DNA of 63,513 nt, filler included, from Octopus bimaculoides (lineage: Eukaryota): assembly GCF_001194135.2 (NCBI RefSeq). It is 6 parts of 5 records of this genome, joined end to end, with 100 filler letters (N's around TTAATTAATTAA, not from the genome) between each part and the next. Parts side by side here need not be neighbours in the genome. Positions count along the whole stretch, not along the records: positions 1 to 30,175 come from NC_068993.1; positions 30,276 to 34,488 come from NC_068981.1; positions 34,589 to 47,317 come from NC_068993.1; 3 more parts are not named here. One strand, written 5' to 3'. The position numbers were made by a program, and so were the translations under genes. The notes beneath the pieces were generated by a model. The model was not told where the DNA came from and did no database searches. It was given only the letters and a program-made list of their open reading frames with translations. This document shows, in pieces, positions 23,332-35,455 of the stretch (its first letter is position 1; each line of letters opens with the position of its first letter).

Positions 23332-23782
23332 TTAAACTTATATATGAATACATACATCCACATGCACTTATATATTAATGATGTACACAAATACATGACA
23401 GGTATACATAATACTGAAATACGTATAAAGTAAACACACGCAGACAAATATATATATAACAAATCAAAAAAATAATAAAACCATACAATCAATGAAGATA
23501 CAAAAGAAACAGTAAGATGATACATGTTAATTTTATTAGGTATTTCTGTTTATTTAGAAACATACATTTCTCAGGGTACAACCTTAAAGTTGAAAATTTC
23601 TGTCTCGCTATTGGCCAAAACTATACAATTTTTTCGATTTTTAAACCTCTGTAACTTTTTTCTCCACAACATCATACCCGCAAAGCAATGAGACTGGACG
23701 TCTACATTATTATAGCCGATTTTCAGATTTTTTACTGTCTTTTCAAAAATGCATATTTTGCGAATGAAAAAAATTTAGATCC
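22515..23782. mobile_element. Non-autonomous DNA element related to the preceding one, with ~28-bp imperfect terminal inverted repeats
   Basis: GGATCTAGTTTTTCTCATTCGCAAAATG (22515-22542) versus the reverse complement of ATTTTGCGAATGAAAAAAATTTAGATCC (23755-23782). It shares GGGTAATTTTAGCCAATC and TTTAAACCTCTGTAACTTTTTT with the 19888-22432 arms. Confidence 0.5.
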
Positions 23783-24059
23783 CAAAATATAGTTAATGGA
23801 GTGTTTTCATATAATAAAAAGACAAAAGCGAAACTTTTTCTGCCACCAACTCATAATTAGTTATGAATGACAACAAAGAAGATATGTGTGTGAGTGTGTA
23901 ATATATTTATGTATGCTTGTGTGTGAGATTCTCCAGTAAGAAATTAAAAGTACCGTCATCACCGTAGCTATGTTACCACTACCGTTTATCAAAACCATCA
24001 TTGAGATCACACGACAGTCACTACATCACCACTAAGACCCATCCAGCACTACCATCACT

Positions 24060-24152
24060 ACTACTGAGACAACTACACTGAAATACACAACTAAACTGCT
24101 TTAGCTGCTGCTACAGCTGCAGCTGTTGCTACTGCAGCTGCTGCTGCAACAG

Positions 24153-24215
<63 letters not shown>

Positions 24216-24278
24216 AGAATAATAATAATAATGATAATAATAATAACAATAATAATAATAGTACTGCTTCCTCTGTTG

Positions 24279-24345
<67 letters not shown>

Positions 24346-24600
24346 CATGACCACTGCTGCTGCGTAGTTCATTGACCAATATTTTGCCTTCCGAACAGGA
24401 AGGCAAAATATACCATCCGCCAGCGGTGGTGGTAGTGGTGATGGTGGTGATTGTCGTCGTCGTCGTCGTTATAGTAGTAGTAGTAGTTGTTGTTGTTGTA
24501 GCAGCAGCAGCAGCAGCGGTGATGGTGATGATGTGATGGTGTGGTGATGATGTGATGGTGTGGTGATGATGTCGGTGGTAGTGATGGTGGGAGAGGTGGT
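24060..24600. repeat. Compound trinucleotide microsatellite (ACT, AAT, AGC, GTA, GTT, GAT)
   Basis: Direct inspection. It explains the homopolymeric ORFs at 24091-24406. Confidence 0.95.
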
Positions 24601-25739
24601 ATTGACAGTAGTATTTTGATACATTAAATAATCACATTTGGGTGTGTCAATTTCTCTCCTAGTTTAAAACTACAATATTTGTTGAAAACTGCTTGTTCTT
24701 TCAAACTGATACCAGCAGAACTGGTAAAGCATTAGCTTAAATGCCATTTGGTTAATTTAGAGACGTCTGTTTACGTTCTGTATTCAATTCCCATAGAGGC
24801 AAACGGAAAGAATTATCTGGTTCATTTATATCGAGTACACACCCAGCCGTACACTATCAAAGATTTCTGAAATAAAAAAAAAATCCTCACTTGAAAAACA
24901 GATAAGGGTTAGTGACAGGAAGAGCAAATGCCTTGAAAATACGTATTTGATTTACCCATTTATCATGGAAGAGAGAATATTAAATGAATGAATTCATAAT
25001 CAAACAACTAGGAGAGTATTAGACTACATATAAAAACGAAATTAACAATTTAAAAGAAAAATATATTGTTTACAGGAAGCGAAAAATATTCCTGCATAAA
25101 CATTTCCCACCCACACACAAATACCGTAAACTTAATAGAAAGAATGCTAAATTATCTTACTTCATCACTAACAACTTCCAACAAATATTATCAGGCATTA
25201 ACAACCAAAACAAAATATTGATCAACCTACATGCATTTGCTCCAGCCCTTAAATGGAAAATGCTTAACTCAAGAACAGTCTACTCTGCCAGTGTCCACAG
25301 TAACTCCTCAAACCTAACATACATTTATAAAAGAAAAGGAAGTCGCTCGAGGAAATTGATTGGCGTTACGTAAAATTACCTATTCTGACCCCAAGGGAAA
25401 AACAAGGAAGATGTCTGAAACTTATGACGGATTATTTTTACAACAACTTTGGATATCAACGGTTCACCTTCGATCAATTACTCTTCAAAAGAAGATTTCT
25501 GCTGCTATTTTCACCTTGATTGCGGATTATTATATGCAATTGTGGAATATTTTCTTTCCTTCTCTCCCGAACTCATCTTCCTGCGCTGTTTTTGTCCCGT
25601 CTTATCATCTCTATGAACAATATCAATATTGCCGGCTGCTGAGAAGACCTAATACAAGTTTTTTTTTCTCCCCAATTTCACCTATCATTCAAACTTAACT
25701 GCTGTTGTTTATTCTCCTTGGTTACCTGAACCTTTTTTG

Positions 25740-28700
25740 TTAAAGCATCACCATGCCAACAGTAACAAGATCGAAATCTGCAACCCCAAAATTAAGACCG
25801 CAGCTTTCTACTAAATGTAGCTGTGGGTACAAGATGTTAAAAGAAAAGCTTCGGGACCAAGTGCAAGAGAACAACAAACTGAAGATCGAACTTGAGAACC
25901 TCAGAGCTAGATTTGATGCCTTCGAGGAAACTCCAGCTAATTTACAGCTTTGGCGTTCCACGAGCGAGAAATCTACTGCCCCTTACTTGAGTACAGTTAA
26001 GCCAGTGCCAAAACCTTCGTCAAATACCACTGCCAGCAAAAACCTAAAGGCTGCTCAACAATCAAGTGAGAATGACCATCCAACAAACAAGTCTACAAAC
26101 CGAAAAAGAAGACCAAGGTGCAGAAAGTTATCCCCAAAACTGAAACAAGCCAACCCGCACCTGTCGTCACGGATGGACGATCAGTCCATTCTACGCCTTT
26201 TGACAATGCAAACTGAAGCTTTGGTGTGGATACAGACCGAGATTGGCAAGAAGTCAAGAAAGGAGAAAACAAGCAGTCAGCTCTAAGAGACTGTACCGCG
26301 GTCATATATGGGGCATCCGCAGCAGAATCTGAAGCCCCCCTTGATCGACTACAACACGACATCGCCCTTGTCAAAAACTTAGTGTCTGCCTCACTTGATA
26401 ACCCTACTCAAGTTCAAGCGTTCAAGATGATACGTATTGGAAGGCAAGCAACTGCAACTACAACCCCTAGTAACGCCAAACCCAGACTCAGACCCATAAA
26501 GGTTATTTTTGCAATCGCTGACCAAGCTTCAAGATTTATCACTGACTGCTCAAAAAAGTTTTCGGCGACAACCACAGCCTGAGTTTTCGGAAGGAGTATT
26601 CTCCGCGAGAGAGAATCAGATGGAGAGCTCTCAGGTTGGAGCACAGAACAGAATCTCCAACAGAGAGAAAGGCCTTGTCATCAGAGATGGCCAGATAGTG
26701 AAAAGGTTTCTATAGAGGAACCCACTGATTATCACAACTCCAGAAATTTAGTCCCTGCATCAACAATTGAGCCTTCAAGATGCAAAGTTTGGTACCCCAA
26801 ACTGACTTCAGCGCAAAGTGCCCAACATCGCCATGCCCTTCGAGTTCTCTATACCAACATCTGTTCACTTTTGGCTAAGTTAGATGAATTTCAAGTGCTT
26901 GTTGTCAAAGAGGAATCAGATATTGCGATCATTACAGAGAGTTGGCTGCATGCTGATATTCAGGATGCTGAATTTTTAATTGAGGGTTACGTTCTGATGT
27001 GACAGAGTCGGTTTTCGCGGAGAGGGCGTTGTGATGTTCATCAAAATAGATCTAAAGCCCTCTCAGTGTGAGCTCCCACCAAATGCGCAACCATCAGGCT
27101 ATTTCAATGTCATCCTGTGCAAAATTCAACTTGCAAAAACCAGCTTTCTCATTCTGTCCGTGCATCGCAGCAGAACCTGATGATGACCAACGGCTTCTAA
27201 ATGCAATAGCTGAAATATCAAAATCCCAAGCAGATTGTCTAATAGCTGGCGACTTCAATGCACCACTGATTGACTGGGAGGCGTATTCCTGCCCAACAGG
27301 AGCTCGTTTCGATCAAACCTTGCTGCAGACTGCCGAAAATCTATTCCTTATCCAAGATATTTCTACACCAACGAGGTTTCGAAATACGCAACAGCCATCA
27401 ACACTTGACCTTGTCTTCTCAAAGTACCAGACAACTATCTCTGATGTGAAGATCCTACTATCCCTGGGTAAAAGTGATTACATGGTTCTAACATTCAACG
27501 TAGCATCGTCAATCCCTTCTTCAATACCAGTTCCAGCACCAAGACAAAAGTTCCATGCAATGGACGAGAACGCCCTTGTAGATGCAGCCCAGAATTGTGA
27601 TTGGGACAAAGTAACAGCAATACCGACGGTGGAAAAGCGATGGCAGGCGATCAAGAGCTCAATCATAAGGGTGACTGAAAGTGCTGTTCCATTATATCTC
27701 TCTCGGAAACAAAGACACAAGCCCTGGATATCCAGCAATGTGAAACGAGAATGAAGGTTAAGAGATGTCGCTTGGTGTGATGTAGAACCACAGCTGCTTT
27801 CGAAATCTACAGAAATCAAAAGAAATAAGGCGGAACGTATGGTCCGACAGGCACGTGGCGTATTTGAACGCAACCTCGAATCGCAGGCAAAATCTAACCC
27901 AAAAAGATTTTATGCACATGTTCAACGAAACAAACGACTGTATAATCGAGTGGTTGCACTGAGAGATGTCGAAGGAAATATTGTTACAGACTCCACCTCC
28001 CAAAGTTTACTCTTTGCTGTCATGTTCTCTTCTATCTACCGAATAGATGATGGGCGTGAGACATTGATATCAGGCAGGCAAATCGAACCGATGCCTCCAG
28101 TCACCATCTCATCTCATGCAGTCTATATTGTCCCTTCAAAACTTCATCAAGACAAAAGCGTCAGCTCAGATAGTGTCCATCCAGCTGTTTTACGTGTCCT
28201 AGCACGTATCCTGGCGGCTCCTCTGGCATCTCTTTTCAATCTTTCACTTGAGCAAGGAAATGTACCGGAAGACTGGTGGAAAGCGACCGTATGTCCAATA
28301 TTCAAAAAGGGCAGTAATTATCGACTGGTCAGTCTGACATCCATCCTCTGCAAAGTCATGGAGACCATCGTCAAGAAATCTCTCATGAATCATATTCTTA
28401 CTTCAAATGCTATACCCGACTCGCAGCATGGATTTCTACCCCGAAGATTTTGTCTAACAAATCTTGAAGAGTGGATTACAAGGACCATGGATGAAAAAGA
28501 CTCGGTGGACGTGGTATTTTTGGACTTCACAAAAGTGTTTGACTCCGTTAATCACCGACTGCTCTTGCGCAAACTTCAAGCATACAAGATTCAACCATTG
28601 GTGACTTCGTGGATTTCTTCCTTCCTGAGCCATCGAACCTTTCGAGTGTAGATAAATGGAGATCTCTCCGCGGAGACGAATGCCTGCAGCGGTGTTCCCC

Positions 28701-29808
28701 GGGGGTCGGTGCTGAGGCCAATACTTTTCCTTCTCTATATCAATGACCTACCAGATTTTCTTGATGGAAGAGTCCTCCTATTTGCAGACGACATCAAACT
28801 TGTCTCGCCCAGGAATCATTACAACATACTCCAATCGTCGCTGAACCGAGCTTGGAATTGGGGGAAGAATGGGATCTGCCCTTGAACGCCTAAAAATGCA
28901 GCCATTTACCAATAGGTTCACCTCTAAACTCTCCCTTGACTATTAGCCTCAAACGCCAACACCTTAAGAAGGATCTCGGCATAATGATCGATACTACTTT
29001 CAAACCAATAAGGTAGTGTATCGAGGCGGCGAACAAAGCCAGAAGGAATCTTTTCCTCATCCGCCGGTCCTTTGTCAACCTTTCAATGGACGTCTTTCGG
29101 CCTTTATACGTCACTCTAGTTCGATCCATCCTCGAATATTGCCTCCAGACCTCAAACCCACATCTCCAGAAAGACATTCAGCACCTGGAACGTGTTCAGC
29201 GGAACGTGTTAGCCACCCGAATGGTCGCGGGCTTGTCTAAGCTTACGTATGAGGAACGTCTCCGACAACTGGCATTGCCTTCATTCGAACGACGGAGGAT
29301 GCGAGATCTTATCCTGGCTTTCAACATCTTCAACGGGTATGTAAACCTACCATTTGCGGAGTTTTNNNNNNNNNNNNNNNNNNNNNNNNNNNNNNNNNNN
29401 NNNNNNNNNNNNNNNNNNNNNNNNNNNNNNNNNNNNNNNNNNNNNNNNNNNNNNNNNNNNNNNNNNNNNNNNNNNNNNNNNNNNNNNNNNNNNNNNNNNN
29501 NNNNNNNNNNNNNNNNNNNNNNNCTTCGTGGGCATGATCGCAAACTCTATCGCCGACACTTTCGACTTAACAGGCGGAAGGCCGCATTCTCCGTCCGTAT
29601 CGCAGCCCCGTGGAACAAGCTACCACAAAATGTCATTCAACTACCCACCACTCCCCTGCTCAAAAAGGCTCTGGACAACTGTGGCGACTATGTATAAAAC
29701 TGGTTATAACAATAACCGTTTTTAAAAAAAATTTTATTAAAAAAATTTTTTACATGGCTTAAGCACATTGTGCTCTTCTGCTAATAAATTTGATTTGATT
29801 TCATTTGA
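25740..29808 (+). mobile_element. Near full-length CR1-clade LINE (ORF1, APE endonuclease, RT), inactivated
   Basis: ORF1 25753-26700 (coiled coil, ...IRIGRQ...RPIKVIF). EN: LRVLYTNICSL..KLDEF; CLIAGDFNAPLIDW; PTRFRNTQQPSTLDLVF. RT: CPIFKKG.NYRLVSLTSILCKVME; QHGFLPRR; DVVFLDFTKVFDSVNH; SGVPRGSVL.PILF; LFADDIKL. It ends AATAAATTTGATTTGATTTCATTTGA. Confidence 0.92.
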
Positions 29809-30137
29809 CATTAGTTTCAATGCTAACATATTTCAAAACACACATATACACACACATTCCATACTTCTAAGGAAGGAAATGACACCAACCTAGTCTGATT
29901 ACTAAAAGAAAATATTAACCAATATTAACCCTATAACATAAATTGAAAAATAACTCTCCTTCTCCAAAAGCTTTGTCATTTATACCCCAGAGAATCTCTT
30001 CAAATCCTAATCTCCTCTTGTAAATCATTAAAAAACTTCAGATTTAATAACATGTTTACACAAAATCTATCAAACACTTATACACTCCCAGTCCATGTTA
30101 TTTATCATAACCAGTATATGAGTAGACTACCATTATA

Positions 30138-30175
<38 letters not shown>

Positions 30176-30219
30176 NNNNNNNNNNNNNNNNNNNNNNNNN
30201 NNNNNNNNNNNNNNNNNNN

Positions 30220-30231
30220 TTAATTAATTAA
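30220..30231. other. TTAATTAATTAA spacer between N runs (assembly join marker; also 34533-34544, 47362-47373, 52473-52484, 60600-60611)
   Basis: The identical 12-mer appears five times, each isolated between ~44-nt N runs. It encodes stops in all six frames. Confidence 0.9.
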
Positions 30232-30299
30232 NNNNNNNNNNNNNNNNNNNNNNNNNNNNNNNNNNNNNNNNNNNNTATATATATATATATATATATGCA

Positions 30300-30710
30300 T
30301 ATATGTGTACAGGACGTCATCAACGGTGCAAATAACATGAAATACGTAAACAAACGAGTTAAATACGTACAACGAGAAAAAAATTGTAAACAGGACAAGT
30401 AAACACACTGAAAGAAACCTTCATTAGTTGTCGGCCGCCTATCCACTTCTCATTTTGAGCATTCAACGACAATATGAGTCTTCAAAGACAGTTGCTCCCA
30501 TAAATTCTAAAATAAAATTTAAGATTTATGGACGGTCACAGTTGGGAAATAAAACATGATCGTGGAGACATATAAGGAAACCGAATGAAAACAAACACGG
30601 AGAGTCGTTAAGACCAGAACGAGAGAAAAATAGTGAACGCTGTGAGAAACATTTTTTGAAAAGAAAAAAGAATTTATGGGAGCAACTGTCTTTGAAGATT
30701 CATTTTGTCG
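30300..30710 (-). repeat. Non-coding repeat with a 42-bp inverted repeat (30467-30508 / 30669-30710) and a decayed hammerhead (30394-30432)
   Basis: CGACAATATGAGTCTTCAAAGACAGTTGCTCCCATAAATTCT versus its reverse complement with 2 mismatches. The minus strand reads GACAA-CTAATGA-AGG...GTTTAC-TTGTC. Confidence 0.6.
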
Positions 30711-31341
30711 NNNNNNNNNNNNNNNNNNNNNNNNNNNNNNNNNNNNNNNNNNNNNNNNNNNNNNNNNNNNNNNNNNNNNNNNNNNNNNNNNNNNNNNNNN
30801 NNNNNNNNNNNNNNNNNNNNNNNNNNNNNNNNNNNNNNNNNNNNNNNNNNNNNNNNNNNNNNNNNNNNNNNNNNNNNNNNNNNNNNNNNNNNNNNNNNNN
30901 NNNNNNNNNNNNNNNNNNNNNNNNNNNNNNNNNNNNNNNNNNNNNNNNNNNNNNNNNNNNNNNNNNNNNNNNNNNNNNNNNNNNNNNNNNNNNNNNNNNN
31001 NNNNNNNNNNNNNNNNNNNNNNNNNNNNNNNNNNNNNNNNNNNNNNNNNNNNNNNNNNNNNNNNNNNNNNNNNNNNNNNNNNNNNNNNNNNNNNNNNNNN
31101 NNNNNNNNNNNNNNNNNNNNNNNNNNNNNNNNNNNNNNNNNNNNNNNNNNNNNNNNNNNNNNNNNNNNNNNNNNNNNNNNNNNNNNNNNNNNNNNNNNNN
31201 NNNNNNNNNNNNNNNNNNNNNNNNNNNNNNNNNNNNNNNNNNNNNNNNNNNNNNNNNNNNNNNNNNNNNNNNNNNNNNNNNNNNNNNNNNNNNNNNNNNN
31301 NNNNNNNNNNNNNNNNNNNNNNNNNNNNNNNNNNNNNNNNN

Positions 31342-31655
31342 GTCTTCTACTATAGCCTCGGGCCGACCAAAGCCTTGTGAGTGGATTTGGTAGACGGAAA
31401 CTGAAAGAAGCCCGTCGTATATATGTATATGTATATATGTGTGTTTATGTGTCTGTGTTTGTCCCCCCAACATCGCTTGACAACCGATGCTGGTGTGTTT
31501 ACGTCCCCGTAACTTAGCGGTTCGGCAAAATAGACCGATATAATAAGTACTAGGCTTACAAAGAATAAGTCCTGGGGTCGATTTGCTAGACTAAAGGCGG
31601 TGCTCCAGCATGGCCGCAGTCAACTGACTGAAACAAGTAAAAGAGTAAAAGAGTA
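31342..31655 (+). mobile_element. SINE family 1 (head in gap)
   Basis: GTCTTCTACTATAGCCTCGGGCCGACCAAAGCC...GGCGGTGCTCCAGCATGGCCGCAGTCAACTGACTGAAACAAGTAAAAGAGT. Confidence 0.9.
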
Positions 31656-31689
31656 TATATATATATATATATGCATATGTTATATAGCC

Positions 31690-34011
31690 ATATCCAACCT
31701 GAATTTCCACAGGGTGAACTGGAAGGCAATTCACAAAGAGATTCGAAATCAAAACCTGCATGACAGCCTTTCTATACAAGACAATGACCTCAAACTAAGT
31801 CATTTTATGTGAACCATACAAGACGTATGCACCAAATATGTGCCAGAAAGAAAGGCCCGCAAACATGCCAATAGAATTCCCAGAGACAGGAAAATCCTTA
31901 TGAGACACAGAACAAAGGTCTCAAACCAGTTGAATAGAGAACTGGACGACAGGAAAATGGCTAAATTAAAACTTACACAGTTAGAAATAGAAAACAAAAT
32001 CAAACTCTCCTATGAAAAGGAGAGAGCGGAGAAAGAGAAGAGAGCAGTAGAAAGCATAAAACAAACCCTAAGGGTTTCTATAGATTTGCAAAGGAGACTC
32101 CACAGCACAGTACAAAATAGGACCCCTATTCCTACCTAGTGACTCACTAACTGCGGACCCCACATGAATAAATGAAGTACTCAGTGCGCAATTCAAGAGT
32201 GTTTTCACTTCTCCTCTGAGTCACATGCAGATAAAGAACCCAGCTGATTTCTTTGACAATAGCACTCAGCAGAAAAAGACTGCATCCATTACCTACATTG
32301 ACATTGAAGTGATGTAATAGCGGCCATAAACGAAATGAGCTCAAATTCGGCAACTGGCCCCGATGGTTTCCCAGCTGTCTTCCTAAAGTCGTGTAAACAA
32401 GAATTAGCAGGACCACTCCGGATAATCTTCCAGAGTTTCCTTGCAAGTGGTAAACTTCCCAAAAAGCTGACGGAAGGCATCATATGTCCTATCCATAAAG
32501 GTGGAAGCAGAGCAGAGGCTGCGAACTACAGGCCCATCTCTCTGACTTCACATATTACCAAAGTCATGGAACGAATTGTCAGAAGGAGATTGATTGCATT
32601 CCTAGAAGAAAATGACTTGCTGAATGAAACCCAGCATGGTTCCCGTCCAGGTAGAAGCTGCCTCACGCAGCTCTTTCAGCGTTATGACTGGGACCTGAAG
32701 CAGCTACTTGACCATTCAAATGTTGATGTGATATGTATATCTCGACGTTGCAAAAGCCTTCCACAAAGTTTATCATGGCATATGTCACAAGCTGCGAAAC
32801 CTTGGCATAGCTGGTAAATTAGGAGAGTGGCTGCATGACTTCCTGAATGGTAGAAGTCAGACAGTTGCAGCCAATGGAGAATTATCTAGGGAAACGCAAA
32901 TATTGAGCGGTGTTCCACAAGGAACTGTCCTGGGGCCTCTACTGTTCATAGTAACCCTTCTGTACATGCCCACGGTCACTCAGACAGCCATTGTCACTAG
33001 CTACGCTGATGACACAAAACTATCTCAGGCAATAAAGAATCCTGATGATATTGTAAGCCTACAGAATGACCTAAATGCAATATACGAGTGGGCAGAGCAA
33101 AATAATATGCGGTTCAATGCTAAAACATTTCAAGTACTGCGCTACAAGCCCAAAAGTGTTCCCCAACTGGCATACACAGGACCTGCAGCTACTGCAATCC
33201 CAGAATCACAAACAGTGAGAGACCTGGGCATCAGCATGTGTTGTGACGCATCATTTCACATGCACATTGTCAAGTTGACAGCAAAGTGCAGACAACTGGC
33301 AGGGTGGATACTGTGGACATTCAGAACAAGGGATCAACATGTCATGTTGATTCTATGGAAGACATTTGTTTTGAGCCGCCTAGACTATTGCTCTCAGTTG
33401 TGGTCAACACAGTGTCAAGTTGACAGTAGAACTTGAGACAATTCAGCGTCACTATACAAAAAAGATCGCCACAGTCCAACAGATGAAATACAGGGAGCGA
33501 CTGAAGTCACTAAGTCTCTACTCCCTGGAGCGCAGGCGGGAGTGATATGTAAAAATTTACATATGGAAAATACTGGAAGGACTGGTACCAAACTTTGGCA
33601 TCATGTACTACACGAATGCCTGCACAGTTCGCCACTGCATAGTACCAAGGGTACCATCCACTACATCTCACATAAAAAAACAAGGTACTGCAACAACCTC
33701 GGTTTTAGAGGACCTCAGCTCTTTAATGCCCTGCCAAAACAATTGAGGGACCTGCATGACATGGATATAGAGGTCTTCAAAACTAAACTTGACACTTTCC
33801 TATCCACTATACCAGACGAACAGTTGAGGACAGCGATATAAATTCTCTTATACAATAGATGTGCCATCGAAACTCTTGATTGGACTACATTAGGTGGCGG
33901 AGAAGAGCCATGCAAGGAACGTGCAGAGAGTATAGCATAAAGAGCGAAAGTAATGGTGGTGCTCCAGCATGACCGCAGCCACTTGGCTGAAACACATAAA
34001 TAAATAAATAA

Positions 34012-34015
<4 letters not shown>
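31690..34015 (+). mobile_element. 5'-truncated CR1-type LINE (second family)
   Basis: SATGPDGFPAVFLK; CPIHKGGSRAEAANYRPISLTSHITKVMERIV; QHGSRPGRSCLTQL; SGVPQGTVLGPLLF; SYADDTKL; SRLDYCSQLW; GFRGPQLFNALP. The 3' tail ends GGTGCTCCAGCATGACCGCAGCC...CTGAAACACA(TAAA)n. Confidence 0.9.
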
Positions 34016-34053
<38 letters not shown>

Positions 34054-34352
34054 ACAAATTAAAAGGGTAAAGGATTATCAATTTATTAATTAATAAATCA
34101 ATTAATAATTAATCATTTTTTTTACCAAGCCCATCGTTACGAAAGCACCATTATTGGTGGAGAACTTATTCAAAAGCTCATATATATTTATAAATATAAT
34201 TAAGGGATCAGCAAATATTTGCTTCACCATATACCGAAGTTCAGAAATAGCAGCTAAAAAAGCTGAGAATCTCACAGATAGCATCACTTGTAACTCACAA
34301 AGGCAAAAGCAAGAAGAAAAAACAATGAAAAACTAACCAATTCAGATGGTTA

Positions 34353-34422
34353 ACAGCAGACGCGTTTCAGGATTATGATTAATAATTAATAATTAATAAT
34401 CAATTTCCTTCATCAGTACTGT
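34353..34422 (-). ncRNA. Type I hammerhead ribozyme with intact core
   Basis: ACAGTA-CTGATGA-AGGA-(AT-rich hairpin)-TCCT-GAAAC-GC-GTC-TGCTGT. Helix I is 6 bp with one G-U pair, helix III is the palindrome ACGCGT, and the predicted GUC cut falls between 34359 and 34358. Confidence 0.85.
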
Positions 34423-34609
34423 ATTCCAGTAGTAAATTTGACTATGCTAGCAAACCGTGCAAGCATGGACGAGTAATATTCCACACCGNNNNNNNNNNNN
34501 NNNNNNNNNNNNNNNNNNNNNNNNNNNNNNNNTTAATTAATTAANNNNNNNNNNNNNNNNNNNNNNNNNNNNNNNNNNNNNNNNNNNNATGTATGTATAT
34601 ATATATATA

Positions 34610-34775
34610 CGACGGGCTTCTTTCAGTTTCCGTCTACCAAATCCACTCACAAGGCTTTGGTCGGCCCGAGGCTATAGTAGAAGACACTTGCCCAAGGGGC
34701 CCATGCAGTGGGACTGAACCTGGAACCACGTGGTTCGTAAGCAAGCTACTTACCACACAGCCACTCCTACGCCTA
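34610..34775 (-). mobile_element. SINE family 1, 5' half
   Basis: Reverse complement of the family 1 head and core (GACGGGCTTCTTTCAGTTTCCGTCTACC...CACACAGCCACTCCTACGCCTA). Confidence 0.85.
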
Positions 34776-35402
34776 TATTGGGGAGATCTATGACCAAAGC
34801 TATTTCTGGAATGACTTGCACATTTTTTCGATATAAGACTATATTATTAATACCAAGACGCCTGAAAGCGGCTCTGGTTCTATGATACAAACTCTCTGCT
34901 TCAAAAGCAATCTATATTAGAACCTTCGATCACAATTTCACGCTAATTTATGTTTCAAACATCCATTTAGTAATGACACTCAATTTACAAAATTCTTCAT
35001 TATTTTCGAAATTAATTGAAACTATGAAGGCATAATTTAACAGAAAAATGTTAAGCCGGTCGGTGAATAGGTCAACCATTGTTGTGGCTACTACTGCTAT
35101 TTCTGCGATTGAATAGCTAACGTAAGTTTTGACATACTTCCATACAAGTTAACCGTAATCTTCCATGAATGACTGACTTATCTTGTATTTTGAATATCAG
35201 TTTCTTTTGTTCTCCTTAAAACCCCATAAAGATAATTGTTTCCTCTTTGAGCTTTTAAAACTACATTCAACGTTCTAGAATTTGATATTTCAAAGACGCA
35301 CTCTAGTAGAAAGCGTTTCAGGCGCAAATATCACTAAACATTCTGTATACAATACCTCCAATGCTACTACATACGGGTATGTATATCGATGTATGGATAT
35401 AT

Positions 35403-35455
<53 letters not shown>

